Origin: Raillietiella orientalis
Lineage: Eukaryota
Direction of reading: 5' to 3'
DNA length: 64,000 bases
Assembly: GCA_036172245.1 (NCBI GenBank)
Contig: JAYWIR010000023.1
Location: 2,852,001-2,916,000, forward strand
Of this stretch, positions 54,151-64,000 are shown piece by piece. The notes below the pieces were generated by a model. It was not told the origin of the DNA, searched no databases, and saw nothing but the letters and a program-made list of their open reading frames with translations. Positions within the stretch are counted from its first letter, which is position 1; every line of letters starts with the position of its first letter. A program made the translations under genes and the position numbers.

Positions 54151-54278
54151 GGGGCGGAGCCAATGTCCCGGAGAGGCGTGACCTCCGCCCGCGACGCTCG
54201 GGTCGGAATTGGCATGCAGAACGTCGCCGTGGCCCGAGGCCATTTCCTAGCCGCAGCTCAGGCACGGGGCGAACCAAT
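54151..54278 (+). promoter_or_regulatory. GC-box/CCAAT cluster, candidate omb promoter
   Basis: GGGGCGGAGC at 54151-54160 abuts CCAAT at 54160-54164. Also a reverse GC box CTCCGCCC (54183-54190), ATTGG (54208-54212) and CCAATCA (54274). A second ATTGG/CCAAT pair lies at 55087/55111. The TSS cannot be determined from sequence alone. Confidence 0.4.
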
Positions 54279-55238
54279 CAGGAGAGGGAGCGAGTGCTAA
54301 GAGGGCGGGAGGGAGAGCTGACCGCTCGGCGCCTGCGCGCTCGCGCGCGCGCTAGGAGACCGGTGCGAGGGGGCGCCCGTTGCCCAACGGGACGTGCGCG
54401 ACCCCCCTAGTTTTTTTTTTTCCCCTCTTTTCCTCCACAGTCCTCCTCCTCCCCTTTCCTCCCGGATCCTTCCCGGCTGACCTATCGTCTCCTCGAGCAG
54501 GTGTGACGGGGGCGAGCGTGCACATGATGGTGGAAGAAACGATGGGGAGAATCCTCCCTCAGGAAGTATGGCGGGCTTCTTTCCTCTCTCCAGAAGGAGG
54601 AGCCGCGCAGCTTCGCCGACCCCCCCCCCCCCCCCCCTTCTCCTCTTCCTGTGAAAGGAGCGCACCCTCGAAGCACCCGCGATGGGAAAAGCTGCGGCCC
54701 CACCCCAAGGGGCTGCTGTCAGAACCAGCGGAGACTGCCGCTGCGAGAGTAAGAAGGGCAGCGACGCCGCGCGCGCAGCTACGGGGGTGAGTGGGCGCGG
54801 CTGACCCCCCTTGGAGGGGTGTCGTGCGGGGGCATGACAGGGAGGCGGCCGGCGGGATGGTCTCTCTGTCGCCCCCGTTGCCGGCCGGCGCCGCAGGCAG
54901 GCAGGCAGCAGCGCCCGCCGTCCTCACGCCGCCCGCTCGCGCCGCCTCGCCTCCGCGCGCGCCCTCCGCCGCCGCGACCGACGTAGCGTGCGGGAGAGAG
55001 CGCGCGCGCCTCTGGCGTGTTTACACCTCGGCCGCCTCGACACACGCACGCGGAACCTGTGAAGGGCACGCCCCTCTCGCGCCCCGATTGGCGCGCCCCG
55101 GCGAGCCGAGCCAATCCACGGCCTCCGAGCGCCGTTAGCGCGACGCCGAAGTGTAAAGCGCGGCGTCTCCACACCGCTCCGCCGACACTCCGGCGCGGCA
55201 GTTCGGTCGCGGGCGTCCCGAAGACGGTGCGACGGTCG

Positions 55239-55292
55239 CTGCTGCTGCTGCTGCTGCTGCTGGTGGTGCTGGTGCTGCTGCTGCTGCTGCTG
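55239..55292 (+). repeat. interrupted (CTG)n tract just upstream of the omb ATG
   Basis: (CTG)8 GTG GTG CTG GTG (CTG)6, ending 36 nt before ATG 55329. Confidence 0.95.
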
Positions 55293-55328
55293 CCGTCGCC
55301 CTGCTGTCCGCGCGGCTTGCTCGCCTCC

Positions 55329-62374
<7,046 letters not shown>

Positions 62375-62582
62375 TGAGGGCGGAAGAGGGAACCCCCCCC
62401 TCTCCACCCATTCCCCTCCTCCCGTCCACCCGCCGCTTCCTCCCCCCTCCCTCCACCTGCCCCCTCCCTCCGCCCTCCCTGCTCTCCCCCCCCCCCTCTT
62501 CCTTGCGATACCAAAGAGAGACGTTGCGTTCTGTTTCTTTACAAGCTGTGATCTCGCGCTCCAGGAGCGACGTGATGTCGTC

Positions 62583-62588
62583 AATAAA
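62583..62588 (+). terminator. candidate polyadenylation signal AATAAA
   Basis: AATAAA about 210 nt after the stop codon, followed by a GT/T-rich stretch (TCTTTTTGTGTT) about 35 nt downstream. Confidence 0.55.
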
Positions 62589-64000
62589 AGACGTAGTGCT
62601 GAGCCCGGCGGACGTTGGTCTTTTTGTGTTCTGGCGCGGGGGTTGGCGGGAGGGATGCCCTTGAAAGAGCTTCCCCGCACCGTCACCACCACCTCTTCTT
62701 CCTCTCCTGCGGGGCCGTCGCCCACCTCGACAGGGTCTCCGGAGACCGCGCCGACGGAAACTGCTCCTTGCAGGGAGGATGGAGGCACTCGGAGAGTAGC
62801 CTGGTCCTGGTCAACTTCTCCCCTCCCATTCCTTCCTCCGCCCCTGCGGCGCAGCCAGGGGGGACGGAGAAAATCTTCCCTCCATTTCCTCGGCTTTCCG
62901 CGAATCTTCCTGCCTCACTGGGGGAATGGAGAAAGGGGAGGTGAGCAGGCGTTGAACTCCGGTATTGCGTCCTTCTCCCGCTTCCCTTTCTCTCCCTTCT
63001 TTCCCCACTCACTCCCCTCGCCGGGCCGGACACCCCGAGCCGACCGATGAAGAGTCCAATCCGATACGGAGAACCTGGCAACCCTGGCTGCCGCGGGAAG
63101 TCGCTTCGGGTGCGGAAATCGCACGCGCACTCACGCCGTGAAGGGGGAGAGAGGAAGGTCGGGATTGCGCCTCTCATCGGGATTCCCCCCTACTCCCTCC
63201 CCTTTCTCTTTCCTCCGCACCCGCACTGCTCAGCCAGGGTGGGGCCGGCGGGCTACTGCTGCTCTTGCCCGCAATCCTCGCGTGCGCTGGAAAGCGAGCG
63301 AGGGGGCGAGCAGCATTCTCATCGGGGCGGGGAATGCCCCCGAGTGCACCCACCTCCTCCTGCCTCAAACGTCCGCTGGAAGGAGAAGGAGGAGGAAAGA
63401 GCCTCTGCTTTCCCTAAGACGGGCCATGCGGTTTCTTTTTTTTTTTTTTCTTTTTTCCTCGCTCATGCACGACAAGCACCCGCCCCCCCCCCCTCCCCTC
63501 CCCCCTGCTTTCGGAGCCAATTAAACGGCACCCGGGTTTTATCTCCCTCCTCGGGTAAGGCGGCGGGCCCCGACGCGCCTCCGTCAAAGCGTTTCGACGC
63601 GAGTGGGAGAGCCCCTGGGATGACAAAAGAAGCGTCTGGCCCGGCGGTGGGACCAATTTAGCGCGTCGCCAGATCGCTCCCGCGGGCCGAGCTCTGTCGG
63701 GGGAATTCGGTCGTCGCCGTCGGTGGCTGTCAAACGGGCCGCCGCCGCCTGCCTGGGAAAGTCGAAAGCCGGGCACCGCTGCTGCCACCGGTTCGATTCC
63801 TATCGCGGCGAAAGCGACTCAGATCACTTAGCAACGGCGGCAAGGCCACCCGGATTCGCCGGGAGAGATAAACAGGCGCGGAGCCACGGCCAGACGGTTC
63901 CCCCTTCCTGGAGAAAGAGGCGGCGGCGGTGGTTCGCGCGCGTGAATTCCCCTCCCCCGGAATTCGAAATAGCCGTCGGGCGGGGTAAGAGACAAGGGAC

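Overview
Eukaryotic, most likely arthropod, genomic DNA. The only gene I can support is a complete Tbx2/3-subfamily T-box transcription factor (optomotor-blind/omb type) on the + strand, 55329-62374. It has 7 coding exons per mRNA and encodes about 627 aa. The highlight is that the second coding exon, inside the DNA-binding T-box, is present as two tandem 114-nt phase-2/2 copies (57404-57517 and 57905-58018). Both are intact and old (26/37 aa identical, with many synonymous changes), which is the signature of mutually exclusive exons swapping part of the DNA-binding domain. A candidate competing RNA-pairing switch flanks the second copy. The gene shows further candidate alternative-splicing points: an in-frame +33-nt acceptor at the position of the vertebrate TBX3 +2a insert, a 54-nt cassette exon, a tandem acceptor, and a 49-nt intron whose retention truncates the protein. 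The ~55 kb upstream has no recognisable gene. It alternates between GC/CpG-rich, purine/pyrimidine-skewed blocks (about 1-7 kb, 27-42 kb, 49-64 kb) and AT-richer blocks holding heavily decayed LINE/SINE relics, with a few strong hairpins. Almost all ORFs in the supplied track are spurious products of GC-rich low-complexity DNA.
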